Shown here piece after piece: positions 50,473-61,680 of a stretch of 64,000 nt of DNA. Numbering within the stretch: the first letter of the stretch is position 1; every line of letters begins with the position of its first letter. Under the pieces are notes generated by a model that made no database searches, was not told where the DNA came from, and saw nothing but the letters and a program-made list of their open reading frames with translations. Source of the DNA: Spirulina sp. (GTDB lineage Bacteria; Cyanobacteriota; Cyanobacteriia; Phormidesmidales; Phormidesmidaceae); assembly GCA_044070495.1 (NCBI GenBank), contig JBIPSI010000010.1, positions 100,480 through 164,479 of the forward strand. Reading direction: 5' to 3'. A program made the translations under genes and the position numbers.

Positions 50473-51117
50473 TTAGGTGGAAGGAAGGGAACGCAGGGCA
50501 TCGCTGAGGTGGGAGCGGTCGGCAATGGTATGGAATAGCGGCCCCCGCTTGGCCAACTCCACCACGCTAACGGCGGCCACGGGCATATCCATCCGATCTC
50601 GGTAGCGGCCCACATCGATCCCCAGCAGGGTGCAGAGCATAATCCGAATGGTGGCCTTGTGGGAGACCACCAGGATATGGCCTCTCTCATGGGTGCGCTC
50701 AATTTCGTCGAGGACTTGGGCGGATCGACGGGCAATATCCACCGCTCGCTCGCCGCCCACCGGGGCATACCAGGCCGGATCGGTGAGCCAAGCCACGTAC
50801 TCGTCGTGGTGTTCGCGATCTACGGCGGTGGGGTGCATCCCTTCCCAAATGCCGTACATCACCTCCCGCAGGCCGTCCCGAATCTGCATCTCCATGCCCA
50901 CCCGCTGGCAGAGGGGCTTAGCCGTTTCCACCGCCCGTCGCAGGGGGCTAACGTAGGCCGCGGCCCAGGGCAGGGTGGCGTAGGTTTCGGCAAATTCTTC
51001 GGCCATGGCTACCCCCTCTGAGGTGAGTCCAGGGTCATTTTCTGGGGTACCGCAGTAACCTCCAGTGAGGCTATAGGCCGTCTGACCATGCCGTAAAAAG
51101 TAGAGAAATACGCCCAT
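50473..51117 (-). CDS. Histidine phosphatase (phosphoglycerate mutase-like) family protein
   Basis: LRHGQT, SPLRRAVETA, LREV.YG.WEG, VSHKAT. Confidence 0.93.
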   Translation of the reverse strand: MGVFLYFLRHGQTAYSLTGGYCGTPENDPGLTSEGVAMAEEFAETYATLPWAAAYVSPLRRAVETAKPLCQRVGMEMQIRDGLREVMYGIWEGMHPTAVDREHHDEYVAWLTDPAWYAPVGGERAVDIARRSAQVLDEIERTHERGHILVVSHKATIRIMLCTLLGIDVGRYRDRMDMPVAAVSVVELAKRGPLFHTIADRSHLSDALRSLPST

Positions 51118-51490
51118 AGGTGCCCAGCCGCAACACAGAAGGCCACCGCCCTCGCCGTCCTGTTTCTACTCTAACCTACCGATGGTAGGGAATCGTGGCC
51201 CACCCTTCGCCCTGGGACTAATCGCTGATTGACGAAACGACTCTAGGAAATGACTGGGCCTGTGTGGAGGGGGTTACCGTTGGCCCAAGCCCCGTTGGAT
51301 GTTGTGAGGCCAGATGTTGCGAAGCCAAACGTTTGCTTGACAAGCCCTCGGTGGGTCGATAGGGTTTACGATGCTTGCACAGAAATACTTGGCTCGGACG
51401 GGGCTACTCAGAGAGGAGGGCCTTACCGTTTCCAGGCCAGCGCGGGTCAGCGGTTGTCCGTTCCATCCCCCACCCAGGGTAGAGGTCGCC

Positions 51491-52393
51491 ATGTTTTCGT
51501 TGTTTACCCAGTTTGACTATCTGCTGCGGGAAACCCTGCTGGGCCTGCGACGGGGCGGCTGGATGAACTGGGCCGCCATTAGCACCATCACGGTTCTACT
51601 GTTTCTGTTTGGGGTGAGTTTGCAATCCACCTGGCAGCTAGAGCGGCTGTTGAACCAGTTTGGTAGCCAGCTTGAGGTGTCGGCCTATCTACAAAGTGGT
51701 TTCCAGGCTAGCGAGATGCGGGCCGCTGTGTCCACCATTCCCAATGTGGTGGAGGTCACCCCGATTACTAAGGAGGAAGCCTGGGCCAAGCTGGTGCAGG
51801 ATTTGGGCGTTTCCGACATTGAGGGAGCCACCGCCCAACTGAAGGGCAACCCTTTGGTAGATGAACTGAAGGTGAAGGCCAGGGATTCCGAAGCCGTACC
51901 CGCCATTGCCGATCAGCTTCAGCGCATGGAGGGCGTGGACGAAGTGCGCTACGTGGACGAAGCCGTCACCCGTTTGGCCCAGCTTAACGACGGGCTGCAA
52001 TGGGCCAGTGCCATTGTGATTACCGTCCTCACCCTCACCGCCACCGCCGTCATTACCACCACCATTCGCCTGATTGTGCTGGCCCGCCGCCGCGAGATCG
52101 AGGTGATGCAGTTGGTGGGGGCCACCCGCACCTGGATCTACCTGCCCTTCATCCTGCAAGGGGCGGCCTTTGGTATTGCCGGGGCTGGCGTGGCCTGGGG
52201 GCTGCTGTTCACCATCCAAACTCTGCTGACCGAGGTAGCCCAGCAACAGGCCGACTTCATTCAGTTTTTGGCCCAGGGCCTCAGTCTCAATTCCCATCAA
52301 ATGACGGTTTTGGCCGCTGCCCTGATGGGGTTGGGGGTGCTGGTGGGGTTGATGGGAAGCCTGCTGGCGGTGCGAAAGTTCTCTCTCCGCTAA
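51491..52393 (+). CDS. ftsX: Cell division permease FtsX
   Basis: Four-TM ABC permease, RRREIEVMQLVGAT..WI..PF; start moved to MFSLF. Confidence 0.9.
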   Translation: MFSLFTQFDYLLRETLLGLRRGGWMNWAAISTITVLLFLFGVSLQSTWQLERLLNQFGSQLEVSAYLQSGFQASEMRAAVSTIPNVVEVTPITKEEAWAKLVQDLGVSDIEGATAQLKGNPLVDELKVKARDSEAVPAIADQLQRMEGVDEVRYVDEAVTRLAQLNDGLQWASAIVITVLTLTATAVITTTIRLIVLARRREIEVMQLVGATRTWIYLPFILQGAAFGIAGAGVAWGLLFTIQTLLTEVAQQQADFIQFLAQGLSLNSHQMTVLAAALMGLGVLVGLMGSLLAVRKFSLR

Positions 52394-52446
52394 GCCTTGG
52401 GGAGGGCGAGGAGACCTCGGCCCCTACCGTGGCACCGTGGCCTTGA

Positions 52447-53220
52447 TCAACCCATCACGAGTTGTACGGCATCGCCCACTCTCAGACCGAGACCAGTCTG
52501 GGCGCTGCCTTGATTAACGGCCACTTCTAAAAAGCCGTGGCTACCGATTAGGGCCAGGGGTGTACCGGGTTCCCCATCGTTGTAGGTGGCGACGCCAGGG
52601 AGGTCAATATCGTTGCAGACCAGATGCCAGGGGCCATCCGCGAGGTGATCGGCAATCAGGGTGGTAACGGCATTGCCAAAGTGATCGATGTACTGAATTC
52701 GTCCCTCTAGACCCTGCTCCGTCTGGGTGAGGGGCGGCAAGGTAAGGCGTACCAAGGAATCCGCATCAATAGGAGTCCCCAGGGTAGACAGCGGCACCCC
52801 ATTGGCGAGGTGTGCGGCCACGGGGGCGAAAATATCCCGTCCCTGGAAGGTGGCGCTGGGGTGAGGGGTCAGCCAGTAGGCGGGATTGGTCAATTCCACC
52901 GCTTGTAGGGCCGGGGTTTGCTCGAACACCCCGCTAAGGATGCCGTTGTCTGGCCCGACAAAATAGCCCCCCGCCAGCCGCACCGCCACCGCCCGCCGAT
53001 CTGTGCCCACGCCGGGATCTACCACCACCAAATGCACCGTGTGGGGCGGAAAGTAGGGAAACACGCTCAACAACTGAAACCGCGCCGCCCAGAGATCCTG
53101 GGGGGGAATGTCGTGGGTTAAATCGACCATCGTAGTCGTGGGGCAACGGCTGGCAATAATGCCCTTCATCACCCCCACGTAGGCGTCTTGGTGGCCAAAG
53201 TCTGTTAGTAGGGTAATCAT
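52447..53220 (-). CDS. SAM hydroxide adenosyltransferase / chlorinase-fluorinase family (DUF62)
   Basis: ITLLTDFG, VVDPGVG, GPDNG, TFQGRDIFAP, IDHFGN. Confidence 0.93.
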   Translation of the reverse strand: MITLLTDFGHQDAYVGVMKGIIASRCPTTTMVDLTHDIPPQDLWAARFQLLSVFPYFPPHTVHLVVVDPGVGTDRRAVAVRLAGGYFVGPDNGILSGVFEQTPALQAVELTNPAYWLTPHPSATFQGRDIFAPVAAHLANGVPLSTLGTPIDADSLVRLTLPPLTQTEQGLEGRIQYIDHFGNAVTTLIADHLADGPWHLVCNDIDLPGVATYNDGEPGTPLALIGSHGFLEVAVNQGSAQTGLGLRVGDAVQLVMG

Positions 53221-53261
53221 GGGCGGCTTAGGTTGGAATCCGTTGGGATTGAGTTTGGGAC

Positions 53262-53412
53262 GATAGCGGTGCTCGATAGCGTGAGATACCCCGTTGCTGG
53301 GTTCTTAGATCCCCCCAATACCTAGCGGTCTAAGTTTTACACGGCACCCCCTTTATCAAGGGGGGCAGGGGGGATCATCGCAATGTACTTCACCCCAGGG
53401 AAATCCGCTATA
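53262..53412. mobile_element. MITE-like element of about 150 bp, copy 2
   Basis: GATAGCGGT...AATCCGCTATA; colinear with 35791-35940, including the internal CCCCCTT...GGGGGG hairpin. Confidence 0.7.
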
Positions 53413-53499
53413 CATTATGGGAACAAGTTGGCCCCTAGCCTACCGTTTGATGGACGCACTTACCCTTAAAATAAATTGCCTTTTTGGGAATCAACATCC

Positions 53500-54174
53500 A
53501 TGGCTGTGATCGCGGCTCAACCCTACGACTATCCCCTCCCCACCGAAACCGGAATTGCCCTCGTCATCATCGACATGCAGCGCGACTTTTTAGAACCGGG
53601 GGGGTTTGGCGAATCCCTCGGCAACGAAGTCGCCCGCCTTCAGGCCATTGTGCCCACGGTGCAGCGCCTCCAGCAAGCCTTTCGCGACCGGGGCTGGCTG
53701 GTGATTCAAACCGTTGAAGGCCACCGCCCCGACCTCAGCGACTGCCCCCCCAGTAAACGCCAGCGCGGCAATGCCCCCCTCAAAATTGGCGATCCTGGCC
53801 CGATGGGGCGCATTTTGGTGTTGGGGGAACCGGGCAACCAAATCATTCCCGAACTGGCTCCCCAGCCCGGAGAAACCGTGATTGAAAAGCCCGGAAAAGG
53901 TGCGTTTTACAACACCAATCTGGAGTTTTTGCTGAAGACCCACAACATCAGCCACCTGATCGTAACCGGGGTGACCACCGAAGTCTGCGTGCAAACCACC
54001 CTACGCGAGGCCAACGACCGAGGCTACGAATGCCTGCTGGTAGAAGACGCCACCGAAAGCTACTTCTCCGACTTTAAGCAGGCCACCCTCGCCATGGTAC
54101 GCGCCCAGGGCGGCATCGTAGGCTGGACAGCCACCGCCGACCAAGTGCTAGCTGGGCTGGAACAGTGGGGCTAG
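53500..54174 (+). CDS. Cysteine hydrolase (isochorismatase family; biuret/triuret hydrolase-like)
   Basis: IDMQRDF (Asp), KPGKGAF (Lys), GVTTEVCV (Cys), QGGIVG. Confidence 0.88.
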   Translation: MAVIAAQPYDYPLPTETGIALVIIDMQRDFLEPGGFGESLGNEVARLQAIVPTVQRLQQAFRDRGWLVIQTVEGHRPDLSDCPPSKRQRGNAPLKIGDPGPMGRILVLGEPGNQIIPELAPQPGETVIEKPGKGAFYNTNLEFLLKTHNISHLIVTGVTTEVCVQTTLREANDRGYECLLVEDATESYFSDFKQATLAMVRAQGGIVGWTATADQVLAGLEQWG

Positions 54175-54366
54175 AGGCCATGTCAAGGGATGAGCGACTC
54201 TGATAAAACCCCGAACATGTGATTGGGTGGGGCATCTGAGCGTCCATCAAAGCGAGGGGTTCGGCAGTTGCCCTAGGGAATGGCGGCAATCCTACCCCCA
54301 GATCATCCCTGGGGGCATGGCACCATAGAAGCACTGATTCGAGATTACCCCTGAGGCGCTTACCCC

Positions 54367-54648
54367 ATGAACAACCCCGCCCAATCTTTCTATAACTGGT
54401 ACAAATCCACCCTCAACCATCCCAAATATCGATGGTTTTTGGTGGCGGGAACCTTGCTGTATTTGCTCAGCCCCATTGATATTTCTCCCGACTTTATCCC
54501 CATCATCGGCTGGATTGATGACGGCATTGTGGCCTCTATTTTTGTGGCCTCGCTGTCTCAAATTGTGCTGTCTGGGCTGACCAAAGGGCGCACTGATCTA
54601 GGAAGTGATCGTGCTAGTGCGACGGTGGATGTTAATCCTGAAATTTAG
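54367..54648 (+). CDS. YkvA/DUF1232 family protein
   Basis: YLLSPIDISPDFIPIIGWIDD. Confidence 0.92.
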   Translation: MNNPAQSFYNWYKSTLNHPKYRWFLVAGTLLYLLSPIDISPDFIPIIGWIDDGIVASIFVASLSQIVLSGLTKGRTDLGSDRASATVDVNPEI

Positions 54649-54675
54649 GGTGATTTTTGGAGAAGTGTTTTGCGT

Positions 54676-54696
54676 GGTGGGCAGTGCCCACCCTAC
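54676..54696 (-). repeat. REP-like element, identical to 32120-32140
   Basis: GGTGGGCAGTGCCCACCCTAC, followed by a partial tandem duplicate to about 54726. Confidence 0.8.
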
Positions 54697-54765
54697 AATT
54701 TAGGCGGTGCCCACTCTACAATTTAGTGGCTTAGGATAGAGGTTGGTACGTTACCTATTGTCCCC

Positions 54766-55257
54766 ATGGCAACTTACAAGTTTTTGACGGTTTGGCTCCT
54801 AGATGCCCCCATAGAATCGGTGTGGGATGCCCTTGTGGACTATGCCACACTACCTACTTGGTGGCAGGCGGTGAAATACGTAAAGCCCCTAGAAGCGGAT
54901 CATCCTAATCAGGAGAATCGGGTTTGGGATATGGCTTGGCAAACGCCCTTGGGTTATTCCCTCGCCTTTCAAGCCACCTTCACGCGGGTCGAGCCGCCCC
55001 ATGTGCTTGAACTCAACGCCCTTGGAGAGGTCGAAGGCACTGGACGTTGGGAACTTCAGCACGCCGAGGCAGGAACCCTAGCCCGCTACTATTGGAATGT
55101 GACCACTACGAAGGCTTGGATGAATGCTTTAGCCATCTTTATTCGTCCCTTAATGATTTGGAATCACAATGCCATTATGGAGCAGGGTGGTTATGCCATC
55201 GCCAATCATCTCAATGCCAAACTTATTAAGCAAGAGCATCACTACCTGAGGGACTAG
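54766..55257 (+). CDS. SRPBCC (polyketide cyclase/START-like) protein
   Basis: APIESVWDAL...PTWW, GEVEGTGRW, WNHNAIM. Confidence 0.88.
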   Translation: MATYKFLTVWLLDAPIESVWDALVDYATLPTWWQAVKYVKPLEADHPNQENRVWDMAWQTPLGYSLAFQATFTRVEPPHVLELNALGEVEGTGRWELQHAEAGTLARYYWNVTTTKAWMNALAIFIRPLMIWNHNAIMEQGGYAIANHLNAKLIKQEHHYLRD

Positions 55258-55315
55258 CTGTTGATATCTCATCGGACTGACAGGACAGTAAAACCTTGGT
55301 TTCTTGTAGTTTCTT

Positions 55316-55396
55316 GTAGGTTGGGTGGCGCGATAGCGGAACCCAACAAGCCTGAAATCTTGGGTGTTGGGTTCCGCTTCGCTGCACCCAACCTAC
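55316..55396. repeat. REPIN-like inverted doublet GTAGGTTGGGT...ACCCAACCTAC
   Basis: Near-identical inverted copy at 63884-63968. Confidence 0.85.
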
Positions 55397-55542
55397 CTTG
55401 AAAACGGTTTAAACTATTAGGATTATCTGGTGTGTCTGAGTCAAGTCAAATTTATCTATAGGATGTGATCCTCGCCCAGAAAAATCTTTTCATCAGAAAA
55501 ACCTTTTCATTCAATTGTTTCTTTTCTCTTTCTACGGTTGCC

Positions 55543-57417
55543 ATGCCTGTTAACAAAGATCCCAAACCTAGCCGTGCCCGAATGGTTGCCAACGTTGTGC
55601 TGTGGGTGGCGACGGGGCTGCTGTTTCTCAACCTAGTGTCGCCCTTTTTATTTGGTAGCCAAATTGCCAAAGAACCCTACAGCATGTTTATCCATCGGGT
55701 GCAAGACCAGGAGGTCTTTCGGGCCTCGGTGGGGCAGAACGAAATTCGCTATCAGCTAAAGGACGCCGATGGCCAGCCCGGTGAGGTCTATGCCACCACG
55801 CCCATTTTTGACCTGCAATTGCCCCAGCTTTTGGAGGACAACGGTGTTGAATTTGCCGCTGTGCCGCCGCCCAAGGGGCAGTGGTTTGGCAGTTTGCTGA
55901 GCTGGGTGATTCCGCCGATTATCTTCATTGCGGTGTGGCGGTTCTTTTTGGCGCGGGGTAATGGTGGCCCCCAGGGGGCACTGTCCATCGGTAAGAGCAA
56001 GGCCAAGGTTTATGTGGAAGGAGAGGACGGCAAAATCACCTTCGACGATGTGGCCGGGGTGGAGGAGGCCAAGGCCGAACTGGTGGAAATTGTGGACTTT
56101 TTGAAAACCCCCAAGCGCTTCACCGACCTGGGCGCAAAAATCCCCAAGGGGGTGCTGTTGGTTGGCCCACCGGGAACGGGCAAAACCCTAATGGCCAAGG
56201 CCGTGGCCGGGGAGGCGGGGGTGCCCTTCTTCAGCATTTCCGGCTCGGAATTTGTGGAGCTGTTTGTGGGGGTGGGTTCCTCCCGCGTACGCGACCTGTT
56301 TGAGCAGGCCAAAAAGCAAGCGCCCTGCATCATTTTTATTGACGAACTAGACGCCATCGGCAAATCCCGTGCCTCCAGCAGTTTCTATGGCGGCAACGAC
56401 GAACGGGAGCAAACCCTCAACCAATTGCTGACAGAAATGGACGGCTTTGATGCCGGAGATACCACGGTGATCGTCCTCGCCGCCACCAACCGACCGGAAA
56501 CCCTAGACCCCGCCCTGCTGCGTCCGGGCCGTTTCGACCGTCAGGTCTTGGTGGATCGACCTGACCTGAAGGGACGCGAGGCCATTCTCAACATCCACGC
56601 CAAGGACGTGAAGCTGTCGGATGCGGTGGATCTCAAGCAAATCGCCACTCGCACTCCCGGCTTTGCGGGGGCCGACCTGGCCAACCTAGTCAACGAAGCC
56701 GCCCTCCTCGCCGCCCGCCGCAACAGTGGCCAAGTGGAGCAGCAGGACTTCGCGGAAGCCATCGAGCGGGTGGTGGCGGGCCTAGAGAAGAAGAGCCGCG
56801 TCCTCAACGACAAGGAAAAGGAAATCGTTGCCTACCACGAAGTGGGCCATGCCCTGGTGGGAGCGGTAGTGCCCGGAACCGATCAGGTGGAAAAAATCTC
56901 CATCGTGCCTCGGGGCATGGCGGCCCTAGGCTACACCCTGCAACTGCCCACCGAAGATCGCTTTTTACGCGACGAGGCCGAACTGAAGGGCCAAATTGCC
57001 ACCCTGCTGGGGGGACGATCCGCCGAGGAAATTGTCTTTGGCCACATCACCACCGGAGCTGCCAACGACCTGCAACGGGCTACCGACTTAGCCGAACAAA
57101 TGGTCACCTCCTACGGCATGAGCCAGGTGTTGGGGCCACTGGCCTACGACCGCGCCCAGCGCAATACCTTTCTGGATAATGGCATGGGCAATGCCCGCCG
57201 CCCCATCAGCGAAGACACCGCCAAGGCCATTGATGAGGAGGTGAAATCCCTGGTAGAAGCGGGGCACCAGTACGCCCTCAACCTACTGCGCCACAACCGC
57301 GATCTGCTAGAAACCCTGGCCAAGCAACTGCTGGAATCTGAGGTGATTGAAGGGGAATCCCTGCGAGAGCAACTCAAACAAGTGCAGGTGCCCACGGTTG
57401 AGTCAGCGCTATCCTAG
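55543..57417 (+). CDS. ftsH: ATP-dependent zinc metalloprotease FtsH (FtsH4-like)
   Basis: Two TMs, [23 protein letters not shown]; start moved to MPVNK. Confidence 0.97.
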   Translation: MPVNKDPKPSRARMVANVVLWVATGLLFLNLVSPFLFGSQIAKEPYSMFIHRVQDQEVFRASVGQNEIRYQLKDADGQPGEVYATTPIFDLQLPQLLEDNGVEFAAVPPPKGQWFGSLLSWVIPPIIFIAVWRFFLARGNGGPQGALSIGKSKAKVYVEGEDGKITFDDVAGVEEAKAELVEIVDFLKTPKRFTDLGAKIPKGVLLVGPPGTGKTLMAKAVAGEAGVPFFSISGSEFVELFVGVGSSRVRDLFEQAKKQAPCIIFIDELDAIGKSRASSSFYGGNDEREQTLNQLLTEMDGFDAGDTTVIVLAATNRPETLDPALLRPGRFDRQVLVDRPDLKGREAILNIHAKDVKLSDAVDLKQIATRTPGFAGADLANLVNEAALLAARRNSGQVEQQDFAEAIERVVAGLEKKSRVLNDKEKEIVAYHEVGHALVGAVVPGTDQVEKISIVPRGMAALGYTLQLPTEDRFLRDEAELKGQIATLLGGRSAEEIVFGHITTGAANDLQRATDLAEQMVTSYGMSQVLGPLAYDRAQRNTFLDNGMGNARRPISEDTAKAIDEEVKSLVEAGHQYALNLLRHNRDLLETLAKQLLESEVIEGESLREQLKQVQVPTVESALS

Positions 57418-57453
57418 GCGCACCGAGAATGCGATCCCTCGTTGGGTAGCAAT

Positions 57454-57483
57454 AAAAAGCCACCGTTGGTTAACGGTGGCTTA
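57454..57483. terminator. Bidirectional terminator
   Basis: AAAAAGCCACCGTT-loop-AACGGTGGCTTT between convergent genes. Confidence 0.8.
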
Positions 57484-57526
57484 GGATTAGCAATCGGTCA
57501 AAGGAGAAAGAATCGACGAACGAAGC

Positions 57527-57892
57527 CTAGAATCCGTATTCCGAGTCTGTCCAGGCGGCACAGGGTTCAATGCTGCAACTGGCCATAACCACCTCAATGA
57601 CAAAGTTGCCTTCGTAGGGGGCCACCACCACGGGTTGGGCGTCCATCAGTGTGTCCGAATCCACCAACTGACCAGAGTTGGCATCGTAGAGCAGGATGTC
57701 GAGGTCGGTGCAGTCACTATCGCAGGTGGCATAGACGGTTTCTCCGGCATACAAGAAGCCATCGTAGCTAACCGACTGCCCCGTCGAGAGCCAATCAGAA
57801 CGGGACTGGGCTTGTACGAGGGCGGCTCCCCCAGCGACGGCAAGGGCGCTACAAGCCAACACAGCCAAAGCCTTGAAAGATAGCGTGACCAT
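57527..57892 (-). CDS. Small secreted hypothetical protein
   Basis: Signal peptide (..VQAQ), CDSDCTDLD and CSIEPC cysteine pairs, GAGG ribosome-binding site. Confidence 0.8.
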   Translation of the reverse strand: MVTLSFKALAVLACSALAVAGGAALVQAQSRSDWLSTGQSVSYDGFLYAGETVYATCDSDCTDLDILLYDANSGQLVDSDTLMDAQPVVVAPYEGNFVIEVVMASCSIEPCAAWTDSEYGF

Positions 57893-58373
57893 AGAAAAAT
57901 CCTCTCAGAAGAGCAATAGTGGGTGTAGGGCAACCAGGTGATTAGGCCCTGAATTAGCTCTATTGGCCCTAAGGTTAGGATTCCCAGAGAAGTAGCAAAT
58001 CTAACTCAAAATCATCAAAGTTTACGTAGACAGGTGTTTCTACTTCAATCACCTGGGACAACCTGATGATTCGATGGGGAGGCGGTCGGGTGGGCGTTCC
58101 TTAACCGTCAGGCATATGGCCCTTCCACCATTGATAGCGTTGTTGTCAATAAAGACGAGACGAACTAGCCCTTGGGAGTCAAGTTCTAACCGCTTTTAGC
58201 GTTCTCAAGTTACAGGCGCTTTCGCTAAGAACGAGACAGCTTGAGCAACTATAGCCGTCGCAAATTAAGCACTTGACTGTCTCAGCCTTAAACAGAATAG
58301 CTACAAATTGGAAGGGCGATAAGTTGCTCCTAGCCGGATTCCTCTGTCTTCGGCAGACGTTCTTCATGAATGC

Positions 58374-61127
58374 CTAGGGCTTGCCAAACAAATCCAACTG
58401 CTCGGAGGGGTCGTAGGCATGACCGCTTTCCCTCGTGCGGCGGCGGGGTTTGGGGGTTTTGGGTGCTTCCCCCCGCAGGCCCACGGCGATGGTGCTATGG
58501 CGTTCAATTTCCTGCATCACGTCGCGGGCGCGTTGAATGACTGAGGGCGGCAGTCCGGCCAGACGACCTGCTTCGATGCCGTAGGATTTGTCGGCCCCAC
58601 CGGGTTGCACCTGGTGCAGAAAGATAATCTGGTCGGGCATTTCTTTGACGGTGACTTGGTAGTTGGCCACGTTCACCACTAGGGCCGAGAGTTCGTTCAG
58701 TTCGTGGTAGTGGGTGGCGAAGATGGTGCGGGCTTGCAGGTCGAGGGCCAGGTATTCGGCCACGGCCCAGGCGATGGAAAGGCCGTCGAAGGTAGCGGTG
58801 CCGCGCCCAATTTCGTCCAATAGCACCAGGGAACGGGGGGTGGCGTGGTTGAGGATGTTGGCGGTTTCGTTCATTTCCACCATGAAGGTGGATTGGCCGC
58901 TGGCCAGGTCGTCCACAGCGCCCACACGGGTGAAGATGCGGTCACACACCCCCAACTGGGCGGACTTGGCGGGGACAAAACTGCCCACCTGGGCCATCAG
59001 TTGAATTAGCCCCACCTGGCGCAGGTAGCAGCTTTTGCCGCTGGCGTTGGGGCCAGTCAGGATAATCAAATCCTGCTCGGTGGCGGACTCGCGATCTGCG
59101 GGGATTGTCCCCAAATAAATGGAGTTCGGCACAAAGAATCCGGCGGGCAAAAGCTGCTCCACCACGGGATGGCGACCCTCGGTGACGGCAATGGCGCGGG
59201 AATCTTCGATTTCGGGACGGCAATAGCCCTGGAATACCGCTACTTCTGCGAGACCGCACAGCACATCGGCGGCGGCGACGGCAGCGGCCACCTTGCGGAT
59301 CAGGCCCGCCTGGGCACCGACCTGTTCCCGCAGTTGGTTGAAAATTTCGTACTCCAGGGCGTTGATCTCCGCCTCAATGTTGAAGACTCGCGCCTCCCGT
59401 TCCTTCAGTTCCGGGGTGATGTAGCGCTCTTCGTTGGTGAGGGTTTGCTTGCGGATGTAGCCGTCGGGGGCTTGGTCGGCGCGGGCGCGGGAAATGCTGA
59501 TGTAGTAGCCAAAGGCCTTGTTGAAGCCGACTTTGAGGGTGGAAATCCCGGTGCGCTTGCGTTCGGCGGGTTCCAGTTCGGCAATCCATTTTTGGTCATC
59601 TACCGCTTGCTGCCGGAGGTTGTCCAGTTGAGCATTCACTCCATCGCGGATCAGGTGGCCCTCGGTCAGGTACAGGGGCGGATTTTCCACCAGATGCGCC
59701 CGCAGGGTTTGGCCCAGTTGCTCCAGTTCTGGGGGCACGTACTGAAGCGCCTTCAGATAAGGAGATTGCGCCCGTTCCGCCAGCGCCGCCAGGTCGGGCA
59801 ACCGCAGAAAAGATTCCGCCAGCGCCACTAAGTCCCGCGCATTGGCCGTCCCCGATCCGGCCCGACCCGCCAGCCGTTCCAAATCATAAATCTGCCGCAG
59901 ACGGTGCTGGAGCATTTGCCGTAAATTGCCGTCCTGCAACAGTTCTGCAATCGTGTCCTGCCGCGCCTGAATGCCCTTCACCTCCAGCAGCGGTTGCAGC
60001 AGCCATCGCCGCAGGGTGCGCCCACCCATCGCTGTCACCGTGCGATCTAGTGCCCACAGCAACGAGCCGTTGTAGGTGCCGTCCCGCTGGGTTTGGGTAA
60101 TTTCCAAATTGCGGCGGGTTTGGTGGTCAATCACCAGGTAGGCCGACAGGGTGTAGGTGCTGAGGGGCTGCAACGGAGCCTGCACCGTCTTTTGGGTGTC
60201 CTCCAGGTAATCCAGCAGGCCGCCCGCTGCCCGCACCGCCAGGGGCAAATGATCGCAGCCTAGTCCCTCCAGCGACCGCAGCCGAAACCGTTGCAGCAAT
60301 CGCTGTCTGGCCTCACTTTGGCTAAAGGGGCCTTGGGGTCGCAGGGTGTAGCAAAACTGGCGGGGCAGATAGTCCGGCAACTGATCCGACCGATCCCCCG
60401 GTCGCAGCATTGCCCCCAGGTTGGGCGCATCCACCGGAAACAGCACCTCGGCGGGTTGCAGCCGCAGCAGTTCCTGGGCCAAGGCTTCCGTATCCTCCCC
60501 CTGGGTGGTCAAAAATTCTCCGGTAGACACATCAGCAAAGGCCAGCCCCCAATGGTGCCCCGCCACCACCACCGAGGCCAAAAAGTTGTTTTGGCTAGCG
60601 CTCAGCATCCCCTCTTCAATCACCGTGCCGGGAGTGATCACGCGGGTCACTTCCCGCTTCACCAAGCCCTGGGCCTGGGCCGGGTCTTCCACCTGATCGC
60701 AGATGGCGATGGCGTAGCCCTTTTCCACCAGCAGCGTGCAGTAGCGATCCAGCGCATGGTGAGGAATCCCCGCCAGGGGCACCTTCCCAATCGCCTTCCC
60801 CGCATCCTTACTGGTCAGCACCAATTCCAGCTCGCGGGCAATGGCGATGGCATCCTGAAAAAAGGTCTCAAAAAAATCTCCCACCCGATACAGCACCAGG
60901 GCATGGGGATACTGCTCCTTCATCTCCACGTAGTGCCGCATCATCGGCGTTAGGTCGTCCCAGTTCACCGAACGATGGTCGGCGTAGCGCACCGTATGCT
61001 TGGCCAACCGTTCCGGCAGGTCAATCTGCGCTGGGGATGGCTCGATCAGAAGCGCCTCAGTATCAGATGACTCAATCAAGGATGGAGGGTTGGCGGAATC
61101 AGCGGGGGAACCGGACATGGGCGGCAT
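58374..61127 (-). CDS. mutS: DNA mismatch repair protein MutS
   Basis: [45 protein letters not shown]-terminal QLDLF clamp-binding motif. Confidence 0.99.
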   Translation of the reverse strand: MPPMSGSPADSANPPSLIESSDTEALLIEPSPAQIDLPERLAKHTVRYADHRSVNWDDLTPMMRHYVEMKEQYPHALVLYRVGDFFETFFQDAIAIARELELVLTSKDAGKAIGKVPLAGIPHHALDRYCTLLVEKGYAIAICDQVEDPAQAQGLVKREVTRVITPGTVIEEGMLSASQNNFLASVVVAGHHWGLAFADVSTGEFLTTQGEDTEALAQELLRLQPAEVLFPVDAPNLGAMLRPGDRSDQLPDYLPRQFCYTLRPQGPFSQSEARQRLLQRFRLRSLEGLGCDHLPLAVRAAGGLLDYLEDTQKTVQAPLQPLSTYTLSAYLVIDHQTRRNLEITQTQRDGTYNGSLLWALDRTVTAMGGRTLRRWLLQPLLEVKGIQARQDTIAELLQDGNLRQMLQHRLRQIYDLERLAGRAGSGTANARDLVALAESFLRLPDLAALAERAQSPYLKALQYVPPELEQLGQTLRAHLVENPPLYLTEGHLIRDGVNAQLDNLRQQAVDDQKWIAELEPAERKRTGISTLKVGFNKAFGYYISISRARADQAPDGYIRKQTLTNEERYITPELKEREARVFNIEAEINALEYEIFNQLREQVGAQAGLIRKVAAAVAAADVLCGLAEVAVFQGYCRPEIEDSRAIAVTEGRHPVVEQLLPAGFFVPNSIYLGTIPADRESATEQDLIILTGPNASGKSCYLRQVGLIQLMAQVGSFVPAKSAQLGVCDRIFTRVGAVDDLASGQSTFMVEMNETANILNHATPRSLVLLDEIGRGTATFDGLSIAWAVAEYLALDLQARTIFATHYHELNELSALVVNVANYQVTVKEMPDQIIFLHQVQPGGADKSYGIEAGRLAGLPPSVIQRARDVMQEIERHSTIAVGLRGEAPKTPKPRRRTRESGHAYDPSEQLDLFGKP

Positions 61128-61246
61128 TAGGGGCGATCAGCTAGAGATGGCAATGCAGCCTCCCAAGACGAGACTGCTCTATTTCGCTATCGTTGCATAT
61201 TCTATCGACGTGGATAACCCAATAGAAAAAGCCTAAGATTGTCAGT

Positions 61247-61560
61247 CTATCGCATCGCCTCTTCCCACCAGCGTATTAAAGGATGATTTTGGGGTGGAAT
61301 GTAACACCCTCGTGTGCGTATAGCGGTCAACACAGAGCGCAAAATCTTGTCTGTTTCTGACCAATATTTGATAATAGCTAACGTTGAGAGAATCTCTAGC
61401 TGAGGCACTTCTCTTTGAAAAAAAATAAATTGCCCTTTTGTCATCGGTTGCTATGGCCCATGATCGGTGAATGACAATGGCACCGCTTGCAGATTTACTA
61501 TCATCTCCTAGCCCAAAGGCATAGCAAACAAAGGTTTCTTCCTCACTACATTGCTTAGGT
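61247..61560 (-). pseudogene. Frameshifted fragment of a PIN-like domain gene
   Basis: Two overlapping ORFs join at a T8 run into ...GAIVIHRSWAIATDDKRAIYFFQREVPQLEILSTL...HPLIRWWE; 5' boundary approximate. Confidence 0.55.
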
Positions 61561-61680
61561 AGGTCGATGAAGCAACGCTTAAAAACATGCCAATGGGTAT
61601 GGCCAGCCAATTTCTGTTGTTTTCAGGACTTGCTATATTTAGGAGGCATCCTCACTCAACAACAATTATCAAAAACAACC

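Noticed and set aside
57893..58373. AT-richer intergenic stretch with a 62-aa ORF downstream of mutS
   Set aside because: No recognisable motif, RBS or structure.
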